Shown piece by piece: positions 25,401-39,900 of a stretch of 64,000 nt of DNA; within the stretch, counting starts at the first letter, position 1, and each line of letters starts with the position of its first letter. The stretch is from contig CAJFCJ010000014.1 in assembly GCA_904063045.1 (NCBI GenBank), positions 1,423,643 to 1,487,642 on the forward strand. The letters run 5' to 3'. This stretch comes from Dimorphilus gyrociliatus (lineage: Eukaryota; Animalia; Annelida). Both the position numbers and the translations under genes were made by a program. Below the pieces are notes generated by a model. That model saw nothing but the letters and a program-made list of their open reading frames with translations. It searched no databases and had not been told where the DNA came from.

Positions 25401-27403
25401 AATGACAAAACTTGAAGTGATAGATTACTTTTTCCAGATTCCTCATTAGTTGTTTGTTCATCATCGTTGATTATCCACAGATGATAACCTTCACAACTCC
25501 ATTCCTATTTGATTAAAAATACATATTATATATGTTTATGAAATAAATAGAAAGAAATTTGATTTTCACTCACAAGAGATTTAATTCTTGAATTAGGATT
25601 AGAAAAGAGTTTATGATTTGAACTATATGCATGAAAATAATAGTTATTATTTTATAATTTATAGTTTTTAATTAAATAATAAAATTTCAATCTTTACCTG
25701 TGATCAAACGTTAAAGAACACAATAAAAGTGATCCAAATACACTCCATAATCCAAAACCTCCGTGTTGCCAAGTCATTATTAAAACACGTCCGTCAGGAG
25801 TCCATTTCAACATTTCAGCACTACCACAAACATGTCTAGCATCTAAGTAAACATAAAACATTTTAATTTCCTATACTAAAGAAATTAGCAGCGTTGTATC
25901 GTTTTTTAATCTATTTACCAGGAAAATCTCTTGTTGGAACTACTAATCTTGAGGAAATTTGTAAGGCACCAGTCATTTCATCAAGGCAATAAACAATTCC
26001 CTCTCCACTATATTGGTAAATTAACACTAATTAATATGCACAAGTACATAAAATAGAATGGAATAAAAGACCAGCTTAAGTTATCTATTTAAACGTACTT
26101 TTCGCATCCAAAAGCCATAAGAAGATACTTATGATTAACGCCACAACTTACTGCATCATGTAAATCAGGAGCCCACACAGCTTGCATTTGCTTTAATAAA
26201 GACAAAAAAATTATTTAACTTATAACATACGACGCTACATGTAAACGAAAAAGAATCTTACTCCTGGATCAAACTTTACTGAGCTAGAAGTTAAATAAGC
26301 AGCTTTTCCATTTGATAGCACTATTAAGAATCCATGAAGTAGGGAGTCATACTCCAAATGTGTTATATAAACATCCGGATCTGAGAGTTGAGCGGCTATA
26401 ACAATTATGAAAACATTACAAATCTTATTTCTTCTATATTTGATTTCTTTACGTTACCTCCAGAATTTTCTAGATCAGTAGAAAAAGGCACATGGGCTAA
26501 TGTAACTGTAAATTCACCATTTAATAAACCATCCCATCGAAGTCTTTGTAATAATCCATATCCAGTACATATTAATAATTCGTCTTTAATACATTCAATA
26601 CTATTTAAAAAATACGCATTATTGCCATTTACAATGAATATAAAATTATATACCATTTAACATTTCCAGGAATTTGAGTAGAACCTGATGGACTAACGAC
26701 TAAAGCAGGAATATGCTCATCTTCAACGCTTGTTTCCTGAAGGTGTTTCCTTTGGAAAATAAGGTGTTCGTTCATAAAAGATACATTATAGATTATATTA
26801 CGGGTTACATAGTTAAATAATTAACAACACTAAAATGACTATCGAAAATTATAAAGTAATTTACAATCAGTCTACTTTTTCAATATTGCCTAAATTATTA
26901 TAAAATTACATTTAAATATATTTAACAGCATCCATTTTTATATTTTACCTCTGTTCAAAAGTTGTATACACTGCACAAGGATGCTTCGTTTTGTCTAAAG
27001 AGATCTTGAAGAAGAGAATATATCCTTTAGAAGTCTAAAAATTAGGTTTTATTTAATAAAGGTAAATTGTTATTTAGGAGGAAGTAAGCTACTACTTACA
27101 CATATCGCAACCATAGATGAGTCCGGTCTCCATATAAATAGTTCATTCTCCCCATATTCTTTTAAGGATTCTGAATCTCTTGTATACAAAATAATTTGCA
27201 CAGCAGGCTATATATAAATTGATAACATTAAAAAGTAACCAAAATATAAATTAAACATATCTTACTTTGCAGTACCAAATAGAAAAATGTCTTGCAGATA
27301 ATAAGCCCAAAAAAATTCTTTCTCTATTGGAACTAATTTGCAGCCAATTTTCTTCTGCATTCAAAGGTCTTAATTGCCTAGGCCAACCAATTGGAAAATA
27401 CAT
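19402..27403 (-). CDS. RIC1: RAB6A-GEF complex subunit RIC1 (Rich), many short exons
   Basis: Starts [11 protein letters not shown]. Contains [75 protein letters not shown] and [10 protein letters not shown]. Not every exon boundary was verified. Confidence 0.95.
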
Positions 27404-28453
27404 TTCTTTTATTAATTTTTTAACTCAACTTTCCTGTAATGTGGAAAAAAAGTTTTAAAATATATTAAATACTAGAAGGTATTGAAAATATTTGTTAGCT
27501 CTCTGTTATTCTATTATTGTTACGATTATTGTTATTATTATTATACAATAACAACAGTTCTTCTTTTCTGTTTCTGAAGCTTAGCTTATTTAAAATCATA
27601 TATTTGAGTATTAAAAAGGATTTCTTTCATTGAGTACTTTTATGTATAAAATACTTTTAACTAGTTACCAACTATTTTAAACTAGTAATATTTACTGTAA
27701 TATTCATTTCTTTCAATAAAAAACATATGCTGTCTGCAGAAAGCTAAATGGTTTAGATCAAAATTCACAAAATAATCAATTGATTAAATAACATAATATT
27801 TTGTGACAAATCTTTGTATATTTACTACGTTATCTGTCAACATAAAATGACTAGATTATTACCATTGCAAGATAGATTCAGCAATTATCCAAATTTCGTT
27901 TTTGGTCTATTCGTTTAAACGCATCTAGACATGATCAATAACTAAATAGAAGAAATTCCTTTTAATACAGTAACAATTTTTAACTGTATTATTTTTCAAC
28001 TATTTCTTGAAAGTAATAGTGATCCGATATACGGTTTGAACAAAGAATCAACTTAAATAAAATAGGGGATTAGAAGAATACACGGCAGCTTTCTACTGAA
28101 TGTTTTACTGCCACAGTACAATTTTATTGGCCAATCACAATCACGTATGTTTATAAAAACTGGTATTTTACTTCTTAAGACATACAGATGACATTAAATT
28201 CTGTCACTATGAAAAAATATACTATCAAAATATTTCCTTGATTTTCAATATTCCAAAAACAAACTAATTTCTGGCATATTTATCACGTGATTATCATGTG
28301 ATAGTCGGTTTCACTTCATATTTCTTACTTGCCCTCTAATACTACAGTAAACTATCAAAGATTTGGACTAAATAATATACTTAGCAACAAAACTGTATTC
28401 AAACAAGAATAAAATTTGAACATTTCTACAAACTATACATTAAAAATAACTAG

Positions 28454-30155
28454 CTATTCTGCTTTCGCTTTTTTACAAATTAATTCTTCATCAGAGGATG
28501 ATTCTTCATCTTTATCACTATTTAAGTCTACAACATCTGAATCTGAACTAGAATCTGGTATTAAATGGCGTTGATGCTTCTTTAAATCGCTAATTTTCTG
28601 GATCATAATAACACCCTTAGCAGTTTTTCTTGTTTCTACAACGTAATGTATTAAATAAACCACTTTAAGAAAAATATGTGTTTATCATTAAAGTACTCAC
28701 CAGCTCTTGATAAGACATTCAAACAATTTTTACCTACTGTAGCTTTTCGATACGATTGATTCATATCAAATAAGCAACATCTATAATAAAGTATAAAGTA
28801 TAATTTAAATGGAAAAGCCAGTAGGTTACTTACAAGTTAGAAACGTCAGCAGGTGCTCTTAAGAGCATGATCTGCAATGAAAGTTAAAATTATGTAAGAA
28901 AGTAATTATAATCACAAACTACTTACATTATCACAAGCACTTGAAAGAATAATATTCTAAAGTGGGAATATATGTTAACTATAATGAAAACTGGAATTTT
29001 CTGAGAAATTAACTAACCTTATTTTTACAGATTGAAATTAAAGATTGAGCGTTACATATTATATTGACCCTACTAAAATGGTCATTTATCATTGGTGTGT
29101 ATATTATTTCAAAATGTAATCCTCTTCTTATAGCCTATATAGAATAGTGAACAACAAACATTGCATATACATTATAGATACAAATATAATAACTTATATA
29201 TACCACTCCAATTGACGTTCGTTTGAAGTGAAAGCCCAGACTTTCCGTTAAATCCAAAGATATTATATCAACTTCTAATTGATTGCAAGCCATCTGCGTT
29301 AAATACGATTATATAAATATTATTTTGATTAAAAAGTTGACAACTTACATGTAAAACCTTTTCGTTTGTTGGCAGAACAGCTTGAATGTCGTACGCTTGA
29401 ACCTCTTTATGAGTCTAAAAGGATATTTTATTCTATTAAAAAGTTAAAGCACTTTTTTAAATGTCTATTTTAAGTACTTGTGCGAAATGAGCAGCAGCAG
29501 GATCCGATAAAATCCATGTGCATCTTGTATATTGAGTAAAATGAGGACAAATTTCCTTTGAAAAAAGTATAGCATTATTATAATAACAATATCATTTTTT
29601 ATTAATTTATATACTTGAAGCTTTTTAACATCATCTTTGTTTAATTTTATATTTTCTGGGTTAACAACGGTTGGTTTTGGCTGTAAAATAAAGTAAATGT
29701 GTTAAATTTAGTCTACATATATATATATATTTTATACATACTTTTTTGGATTTTTTTTCTTGAATAATATTTTCTACAAAGTAATTTATTGCAACGGCAT
29801 CATATCCGACTGGAAAGAAGTTAACAAAAATTATATTAAGCAAGAAAAAAACTCTTTGGCTTAGTATTTATTTTGGAATTAATAATGCATAATTTCTTTA
29901 TTTCTAACATTTATAGAACTTTGAAAAGAAATTCTTTTTATAATTTTATTACATAAATACTCTTTGATTAAGAGCCACATGGTTAAATAGTGCTAAATTA
30001 AAGTATATGGTATTATCGTCCATTATGGTCGGCTAATCGCAAAAGTTACCAAACAACTTACGATTCACTGCTCTTTCTACTCTTTTATACAACTCCTTTT
30101 TATCTGGTGTATACAATATATTTAAGTCAATGTTTTGGTGCCGAAATTGAGTCAT
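28454..30155 (-). CDS. RPP30: Ribonuclease P/MRP subunit p30
   Basis: Multi-exon and mostly absent from the ORF track. Spliced product reads MTQFRHQNIDLNI...GYDAVAINY...YDIQAVLPTNEKVLHMACNQLEVD...AIRRGLHFEIIY...NIILSSA...LRAPADVSNL...ETRKTAKGVI, matching RPP30 motifs. Confidence 0.88.
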
Positions 30156-30672
30156 GTCCAAGAATATCCGCTAAATACACACTATTGACAGAAATTCATC
30201 CGAATTCTTAGAATACGATGTCCATAAAAATTTATGGCCTACAAAAAGCTCCCTACTTTATTAAAGAGTTATTTTTTCATAAAGTAGGCAGACTTAGTAT
30301 CCAATTTAGAATTATATACTTAAAAAATGACTTTAAATGGCGCTGTTATTATTTTAAAGAAAATAAATTCTGTTTAATCAAATTATTGTAGTTTTAAAAC
30401 TGTTTCAACAACAATGCAACTTTTTCTTTAAAGTAATTGATGCATGATGAATGTTTCATGAATGTACTTCTGTGTTTTACTCCAAATTAAACACATAAAT
30501 ATTTAAGTGGGTTATTGGGTCATCATTGATTTTTATTTATTTGCTTTCTCCCTTACAAAGTAGACAAAGAATATACTTTGCGCTGAAACGTAATGGCGGT
30601 TATCACGTGATCAATACACAATAAGTAATGTCATTTCAACCGACTCATGATTAAGTGAAAGAAGAGTTGGAC
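30156..30672. promoter_or_regulatory. Bidirectional promoter region RPP30/SEPSECS with a TCACGTGA E-box (30603-30610)
   Basis: Divergent start codons at 30155 (-) and 30673 (+); palindromic E-box read directly. Confidence 0.55.
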
Positions 30673-32258
30673 ATGAATTCTGATAGTGAGAAGTTTTTAT
30701 CCAAACTGATACCAGAATCCTATGCAAGGATGGGTATAGAGTCTCGGCGAACTCATCAAAATTTAATCAGACAATTGATGGAACAGAGAAAATTGCCGGC
30801 AAATGGATGGCCAGTAAAAACGATAGAATCATTCCTCTCAGAAGTTTCATTAATGGATTCGAACAATTTTGTTGATAGATGCGGTGTCGGTGAAAGAGAA
30901 GGAAGAGTTATTAGCGATTTAGTTGCCAAAAGACATTTTGGACTGTCTCATGGAATTGGAAGGTAGATATATATGTCATATATGTTTATCTTACTTAATT
31001 GTGCTTTTTATCAAAGGTCAGGTGATATATCGGCTCCCCAACCAAAAGCTGCTGGTTCTAGTCTACTCTCGCAAATCGCTAATTCCTTGGTACTTGATCT
31101 ATTAAAGGCAATGGGACTTCCGACAACAAAGGCTGCAGTCATAATACCATGTGCTACTGGAATGTCGCTAATGCTGTGCATCCTAGCCCTAAGACGAAAG
31201 CGATCTACAGCTAATTATGTGCTTTTTCCAAGAATCGATCAGAAATCTTGCGTTAAGAGTATTGTCTCAGCCGGCCTTGAACCAATCATTGTTGAGCCGA
31301 CAATATCAGGAGATGAACTCTGTACAAACATAGACTTATTAAAGAAAAATATCGAGGAATACGGTTCAGATAATATTGTTTGTGTTATGTCAACAACATC
31401 TTGTTTTGCTCCGAGAGTGAATGATAATCTTATTGAAATATCAAAATTGTGCGCTGCAATGAAAATTCCCCACGTAGTAAATAACGCTTATGGATTACAA
31501 TGCACAAAATGTTTGCATCAAATCGAACAAGCAACAAGAATTGGACGAGTTGATGTATTTGTTCAATCGACTGATAAAAACCTTTTAGTGCCGGTCGGTG
31601 GATCTATAATTGCAGGTAAATACTGAAATTCTTGGGTAAATGACATATTACTTTTATCATTTTTACTATTCTTTGCATAACTCTTCCCTCTTTATCTAAT
31701 AAATTATTAAGATGGTTTTTTTTTATAGGTATTGATCGTTGCTTCATTCAAACTGTTAGCTCTACATATCCAGGAAGAGGTTCTTCTACTCCGTCTATAG
31801 ATGTATTGATAACTTTATTACAAATTGGGAAGGAAGGCTATTTGAAGCTTGTCGCTGAAAGAAAAGAGATATACATATACTTGAAGGAAAAACTCAATGA
31901 AATCTCCATGAAGTATGGTGAAAAATTATTGAAAACTACTCATAATGGAATATCAATGGCGATGACTTTGAATAGTTTCGGATCAAATGTTACAGAAATC
32001 GGTTCTATGCTTTACAAAAGATTAGTATGCGGATCTCGAGTTGTTTTATGTCAAGGTCAAAAAGAAGTTTGCGGTATAAATTATACAGCTTGGGGTAGTC
32101 ATTGCAATAATTACCCCCATAATTATTTAACTGCTGCAGCAGCTTTAGGTACAAGTAAGACTGATGTTGATGTGTTCATTCAAAGATTAGACAAAGTTTT
32201 AACGAAATCCAGAGGCCAAAATGGATCTCGAAAGGAAGAAGTTCAAACAAATGAGTAG
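30673..32258 (+). CDS. SEPSECS: O-phosphoseryl-tRNA(Sec) selenium transferase
   Basis: Exons 30673-30962, 31017-31615 and 31729-32258. Contains [46 protein letters not shown], the PLP-lysine motif [13 protein letters not shown] and YPGR. Confidence 0.97.
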
Positions 32259-32649
32259 TATTAAGTTTTTAGAAAACTTTTTAGTTTTGAGTGAATATTA
32301 AATGTATTTAATTATATTAATTGTCTCAAAGTCAACATTTTTTTTTCCATATTTTGTAAAAATATTTTATATTATTCTTTTGCTTTTCTATAAAAAATGA
32401 TCTATTTTGAAAGTTTTGTTTTTATAATATTCAGATGTTTTTTTCTCATTTTGAACAAATGTTAAACCTTAAAGAAATATAATTAGTAAAAATAAATAGA
32501 ACTTAACATAATAGACTAAAGAAAAATAATTTCCAACAAATAACTCTATCAAGCTTAAAAACTGGTCAAATACGTTAACATGTTAGTATATATACAGTGT
32601 ATACTGTATATATGCAAAATTATCCTGTAACAAAAATAGTTTTACATGC

Positions 32650-33923
32650 TCATAAGTCACTCTTTGACGGTTTGCTAAAGTTATTAAGAACTTTATCGAA
32701 AAGTTCAGCTAAACTCTCAAAATAACCATCACCATCTATATCATTTGCTGCCAATACCCGATATTCATCTCTCAGGACCTTTAAGTTACTTCTATGCATT
32801 AAGTCATTTGTTTTGCAATTCATTGCAACTAATGATTTAACAACTTTCTCCCTTGAATCATGTTCGTCAACTTGAAGCAAACTCCAAGAATTCTCACACC
32901 AATTTCTTTCAGATAAAGATGTTAAAACTTTATTGTAAATTTTCTTTGCTGTTTCTCTTTCCAGATGTTTTGAATTCTCACATTCCGTCATCATATCAGT
33001 TATAAAAGTCAATATTTTTATTTTAAGTTTAATTAATCCTGGTCTTTGTAATATTTTTTCAAGTTCGTCCAAGCCGCCATGTTGAATGAAAGTGTGCAGA
33101 CCAACTGGAATATTACGTACTAAGGCAGAGGTTGCGTATAAAATTTTTATTGATACGTCTTCATCGGTAATAATCGCCAATCGTCTAATTAATACTGATA
33201 CGTGGTGTATAACCTTAACTTGAACTTGTGGATTTGACTGAACAGCAGCGGCGAAACATAAAGCTGTATTGAAAAGACATTTTTATTTAATATTATGATC
33301 TTAAGACTTTAATGTATCTATATTAACTTACCAGCTGCTTTAGCGATTTCAAAATCAGTCGAGTTCATATCATTTATTAATAATGGTATTCCACCCATCT
33401 TCATCCATTCCTGGCCATTATCAACTTGATGCAGAAGACCGTCCAAATCATTTAATATACGAAGGTGTGTATCTCTAGCTTTTCTACCATTATATTCTTT
33501 AAATAGAGATTTAAGAATTTCAGCATCAGTCTGGTAGTTAGCATTTAGAGCTTCAAAATCTTTCTTTAACTCATCCATAGAGCGTAATTTTTTTTCCTTA
33601 AGGAGACTTTTAAGATATATCTCATCGGTTATAGACGGTTGATCGTCGGGTACCACTACCAAGTTATCATTCTGCCCTTTATTGTCGTTTTCATCCATAA
33701 GCTTAGCTTCTTTCTTTCCAGTTTCCAGATTTAATCTCACATGAAGACCTGGTGGAATAGCTTGATCTTCTTTTACAGTTTGCCATTCTTTGGTAGGGTA
33801 AAATTTTTCTCCAGAAATTTTATGTTTGTCTTCCGAATAACGGATTTTTACTCCCTCCTTTGCTTGACTGTAAGACCACATAGTCAAAGCAAGTAAAAAA
33901 GTAGCTAAAACAAATTTATTCAT
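32650..33923 (-). CDS. SIL1: Nucleotide exchange factor SIL1
   Basis: Exons 33923-33332 and 33263-32650. Has a signal peptide, FYPTKEWQTVKEDQAIPPGLHVRLNLETGKKEAKL, LLHQVDNG, SNPQVQ, KILYATSALVRN and C-terminal KSDL. Confidence 0.93.
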
Positions 33924-34280
33924 AATGACAATCTAATCTCTCGAATGTATATTTCGTTAAATAAGTTTTTCAGTAAACTGAACAGGTAATGATATGTACA
34001 CGAGTATTTTGGGGTATATATATACTCTTCGACTGTTTTATAAACGTGTACTTCCGATTTTCCTCTACAAATTTTTCGTATTTTGTATAAAAAAATATTT
34101 TAAAAAGCCCTTTTATAAAATTATGTACAAATTAAATTAATCAGTGATATTTTATAATTTTTTTAGAATTCGAAACTGTCTGTTTGATTTATTCGGTGCG
34201 AACCTTGTATCGGTGAAGAAATATTGTCCATATTAAAACGTTTTAGTATCGAATTTTTTTTGTTGATTAAGTCAGAAACA

Positions 34281-34763
34281 ATGCCAAAATATTTTTGTGA
34301 TTATTGCGATACCTATTTAACTCACGACTCACCATCTGTCAGGAAAACTCATTGTAACGGTCGTAAACATAAAGATAATGTTCGGATGTATTATCAAAAA
34401 TGGTTGGAAGAACAAGTACAAAAATTAGTTGATGATACTACCGCCGCTTTCCGAGCAGGAAAAATACAAAATCACCCGTTTCAAGGAGCTCCTGGAGTTG
34501 GAGCTATGATCCCACCTCCAGGTGCTCCTGGAGCGCCGGGAATGGTACCAGGTAATATTAAAACAAAATTTTTTTGTTACTTTTTATTGCTTTATATTAA
34601 AATTTTAAAATTAACAAAGCGTGTTGATAACGATTGCTATATATTGTCTGCTATAAAAATAGTAAATTAGTTTTTCATTCTTTCAGGTATGAGACCTCCA
34701 ATGCCACCAATTGGAATACCTCCTCCTATGATGGGAATGCCACCAAATATGCCTCCACATTAA
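34281..34763 (+). CDS. SNRPC: U1 snRNP protein C
   Basis: Exons 34281-34551 and 34687-34763. [30 protein letters not shown] zinc finger with a Pro/Met-rich tail. Confidence 0.97.
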
Positions 34764-35053
34764 ATTTTATTGTTTCCATTAGTTCTAGTTTAAAGACGAG
34801 TTTACAAAGTTTGTTTTTTTATGATAAATATATTTTAGCTCGGATCGAAAATAATTTTGGTATGTTTTAATTCACAGTTCCTGGTATATAATAAATATTA
34901 AACAGTTGCTTCTAAGTAATTTCTTCATTAACAAAGGAGGTAATTGCTGTATGAATCAAATTATTCCAGCTGAAAATTTGAGACAGTAAAATTAAGCATT
35001 CTTTTAAAAAAAAATTTCACAAGTTATTTTGAGATGTCAATTAAAATAAACGT

Positions 35054-36511
35054 TTAGAAAGAATGAGGATTTATCTTTTGAAAACGAGCAATCGGGCCAA
35101 CAATAGATCCCGATTTTGCTCGAACAGTTACGAACATTTTAGTCTTAATTTCTTTCAGATAAGCAGTTACTGGCAGTTGTTTGGCAGGTAGAGTATGTAG
35201 AATTGTCAAGTTTTTACCATTTAATGTTCCTAAAATTTGATATGAATCAATATTAACTGGTTTAAAGTCTGATTTATCGTAAGTCCACGTAATCTTGAAA
35301 GTTTTATTACAATTTTCGTGTGCTCTTTTAATTGTCATTCTTAGAACTGGCAAATCTTTAAATGAGATACTTTTGTTAAAACCTTCTTCCCCTATTATTT
35401 CTACGTCATCATCTTCATCTTCATTTTCTAAATTGCTGATCAAACTATTTCCGTTCTGTTGATTTATACCATTAAGTACACGTGTATTTGATATACTATA
35501 AGAAGATGGCGGTAGAAATCGTTCAATGCATCTTCTTTTAGTTGGGGGTTCAAAAGCCGACTGTACACCTTTCTTTAAAATGTACAATATATAAAATTAA
35601 AAATATTGAATTTCACTTTAAAGATATGACTTACTTTCAAATTATTGAGCTCAGTTTGTAACTTTTGAACTTTGTCAGACGCCTCCTTAAGTTCTTTCTT
35701 TAGGGTACGATTCTCTTGAATTAAATCTTTACCAACACTCTCCTCCATATTTTCTACGATACTAATACTTTTTCTATATCTTCCATAGATTTTCTCTAAT
35801 GCATTTGTGAGCCTTTGATTTCTCTCGATTTCAGTGTAGACGAACTCATAGACTTTTTCTTGATCGGCTTCGTATTTGCACAGCTCCTCAGCGATAGCTA
35901 AAATAGCTTCTCGTCTACCTTCTGCCTTGGCTTTAGCAATCAAGTTATTTTCTTTGAATGTTTCTCTTTCGTCACTTGAAACGAAATTTTCTAAAGAGAA
36001 ATCGTCAAATGAAGTTTTTATGTGAAGAGTAGAAAATATTCGGTGCGCAATATAGGATGATTGACGAGTAACTTTTCTAATTTTAGATTTAATATCTTCG
36101 TCTGGAAATTGTTCAGCATCAGTAAACAGCTTTTCAATGTTTGATTTTCCAGAGAGTAGAGCTTTTGCTTCGTCTGTAAGCATGAATTTCGGCATATTCG
36201 GTCTATCTGCAATTAAAATGGTAGCTCAAACATCAAGTACAAATCTTTGATTTATTGGAGTTTTACCACTTTTACCTAAATTTTCACTTAGGCTATCTGA
36301 TGCTATACCTTTACAATTTATTGTAGTTTCTAATGACAAGGGAGGTGTTTGTTGGACAGAAGGGTCTTCTTCCTTAGAGTCACTATCTGAAGTAATATAC
36401 TCTTCTTTTGGAAACTCTGATGAAATGTTAAACGTTTCTTTAGAATGTTGATTTAATTCAATAGAAATAAAACCGCATATAATAAATTTTGAGAATTTTG
36501 TATTTACCCAT
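35054..36511 (-). CDS. ATF7IP: ATF7IP/MCAF/Windei-like protein (helical region plus C-terminal FN3-like domain), divergent
   Basis: First exon ATG-G at 36511-36508, then exons ending near 36276, 36206-35635 and 35572-35054. The C-terminus ITW..IDSYQI..LPAKQLPVTAYL..FVTVRAKS..GP resembles the ATF7IP FN3 pattern VDSYHL/ALPLPMACTL/FAVRAKD..GP. Confidence 0.6.
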
Positions 36512-36927
36512 ATCTCCTTTTAAACAATCTTACTGCAAATATACGTAAAAATACATCGATTTATATTTCATAGATGTATTAAATATTTGCTTATAGGATT
36601 AATTGTGGTAGAATAAAAGTGTATTAGTTCGAAGCCATATTGTTTTCGACCGGAAAAAGGTTTTGCAGACGATAAAAATAAGAGTTAGTGAGCTATTTGA
36701 AGAAAGGCATTTGTAATGACCAATCATATTTAAGAAAAAGGTATATGTTGCAATACGTATTTCCGGTTCCGGGAACCTTAAACGTTAAGCGCGAAAAGCT
36801 AGAAAGACATCATAATGTTTGTGACATTTTAACTATCATTAAATATCTTTTACCTATAAATAATTTAAATCTTTAAGCTTTTCTTTTTATCACTTTAATC
36901 GGTGAAATCAAAGAATCAAAACAAATT

Positions 36928-39900
36928 ATGGAAGATGAAGAAGCGACATCTTATAACTTTTACAAGAAAGAGGCTGCAAAATACGGAAAAACTGGAGAAG
37001 TATACTCTAATAATAATATTTATTGCCAAAATAATCTATTCTTAATATTTCTAGTTGGAAAAATGTCTTAAGTTTCTAATAAAAATGAATACGATACGTC
37101 CATCATCGAAAAATCAGGATCGTATTGAAAAAGTTACGGTTAGTTGTTTAAATTGGTTTTTAAGTTTTAAAGATTGTGTTTTTATTATTATTGATATTTT
37201 TCACTTATTTATTGATCTTTTACAATTTCATTGTCATTCAAATATCTTCTATATTTATTATAATTAAAGAACGTAATATTCTTTCAAATTTTAATCTCTA
37301 GGAAATGATAAAAGATGAAAAATCGAGTGATGATAACTCAACAAAATCATCGAAAGACTCGCCGTCTCCCTCATACTCTAGAATAAAACAGGAAAATCTG
37401 TCCTCTCCATCATTTTCTGAAAAAAAAGCTCCTCAGAATGCGGCTGAACTGATACGGCCTGAAATATACAAACGACTTTATGAGCATCAACGTCAAGGTG
37501 TTGAATTCTTCTTCAGGTTATATAGAATGAATTCAGGAGGAGTTTTGGGCGATGATATGGGGTAATTCTTTTTAAAGGCAACAATAAAATTTGGAATGTA
37601 TTTTTATTGATGGTTTTACTTTAACAGTCTTGGAAAAACAATTCAAACAATTGCATTTCTAAGTGGAATGTTTCAGAAGAAATTGATAAAGAGTGCTATA
37701 ATTGTTGCTCCTCTATCTGTTATTAGTACTTGGGAGAAGGAATTCGATAGATGGTTTGATCTATATTTTATCATTGCTATTATTGTACTTTTAAAATTTT
37801 CAAATTTAGGGATAAAAGTATTAATATCTGTGTATATCATGGACCTAGTAAAACAGAAAAGCATAGAAATTTGAAACGTATTCAAACGTTAGGTGGAGTG
37901 CTTATGACAACTTATGGAACACTTTTATCGGGTTCTGACCTTCTTTCAGAAGATATTCACACTCACAGATTCTTTACATATGTAAGTATGATATATACTA
38001 ATCTTAGCTAAAATTATTATCATATATCTAATTTTTAGGATTATATTGTTCTCGATGAAGCTCATATGATAAAAAATCCTGCTTCAAAAACAACGGTTGC
38101 ACTCTTTAAAGTCAGGGCCAGATGGAGAATTGCCCTTACGGGTACACCTATTCAAAATAATTTAAGAGAAATGTGGGCGTTATTCAATTGGACTCACAGT
38201 GGAACTCTACTAGGAATTCAAAAATCATTTAATGATATTTACGACAAACCAATTACGAGGGGTCGTGAAAAAGATGCAACCAATTTTCAAAAGAAACAAG
38301 GAGAAATGAAGGCTAGAGACTTGTTTAGAAAAATTAATCCGTTTTATTTGCATAGAAGTAAGGATGAGGTAACCGCTAAAGAAAATTCAAGGCCGGTCGA
38401 TGAAAATTCATTAGTACCAAGGTAAAAAGGTTAATATTATGTTTTGATTTATAGTAAGCTTCTTTTAACTATTAACTATTAGAATGCCTAAATTGTCAAA
38501 AAAAACCGATTTTATTATTTGGTGCTATCTATCTGAGACGCAAAAAGAAGTTTACAAAAAGTACTTTGAATCAGATGAAGTTAAAATGGTAAATTATATG
38601 TTTTTCCTGCTATTCAGTTTATATCGTAAGTTTTTCCCGATAGATTCTTAACAGTAAGAGATCACCCCTAGTCACTTGTACCGTATTCAAAAAAATTTGT
38701 GATCATCCTTGCCTCTTGACTGCTCGTCAAATTATTGAACTTGATATTCTTGATCCTGTCGACGATTTCAAAGGAAGCATAACCGAAGATCTGTTAGATA
38801 AAGCACCTTCACCCGAAATTCTTTCCTCAGTTGATCTGGAAAAAGTTATAGATATGTGTGGAAAGTTTAAATTTTTACTTCCTCTTTTAGAAGATTTGAC
38901 TTCGGAAGGTCATCGGGTGCTATTGTTTTCCTTGACAAAAACTGCTCTATCAATACTGGAACGATGCCTTAGAAAAATTGTAAGGCTGTTATCTCTGATA
39001 AATAGCAATTATACACACTGTTTCTATCTTTTAGGGTATTCGATTTCTCAGATTAGATGGTTCGGTGACAGGCCAGATGAGATTTGAAATGATTGAAAGG
39101 TTTTCTCGTAGTCCACCAGGTACGGTATTTCTTTTAACAACGAAAGTCGGTGGATTGGGCCTAACTCTTACGGCGGCAGATAGAGTTGTTATTTTTGATC
39201 CATGGTGGAATCCGGCTGTTGATAGCCAAGCTATAGATCGAGCATTTAGAATAGGGCAGGATAAAGACGTCGTCATTTATAGACTAATGACTTGTGGAAC
39301 CATAGAAGAGAAAATTTACAGAAGACAAATATTCAAGACCGGAGTTAGCCAACAAGTCACTGAACAAAATTTAAATTCTATGAGGTTTGTAGTGTCTGAA
39401 TAATTAAATCTTTTAAGTCTTTGAAAATTTTTATTTCTCAGATACTTTAGTTCAATTGATATTCGTTCAATTTTACTGTTGGAAAATACCGAAGCATCTG
39501 ACACACACGGTATGCTCGAGGCCATTCACGGACCCTTGGATTTGAGTGATCCAGTAGTTGAAAGTCACGTTGAATTCTTAACAACTCTTCGTAAGTTTTT
39601 CTTTTGTTATAAAACGCCTTGAAATAATAATTTTTAACCTAAATTTAGCGACTTTCGGAATTACTGACCATAAGAAAGTATTTCAACACGATGACGATGA
39701 CATAAAAATCTCAGCCGAAGAACGGACAAGGATGAATGAAATGGTATTTTATTATAATTCATATTTGGCGTTTTATGTAATTGACATAAATATCTTTATA
39801 ATCTTTATAGCAAACATTCGACGATAAAACACTACAGAAAGATCATGAAATGACGAGCACTTTTAATTCTGAAACAAATCACGAACAGCTACTAGACTTT

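Noticed and set aside
29417-29426. ATATCCTTTT on the minus strand in RPP30 (U12 5' site lookalike)
   Set aside because: It sits at the 3' end of an ordinary GT-AG intron whose removal already gives the right frame.
34878-34883. Possible 6-nt microexon (cag|TTCCTG|gt) downstream of SNRPC
   Set aside because: Lies after the stop codon and there is no downstream exon to join.
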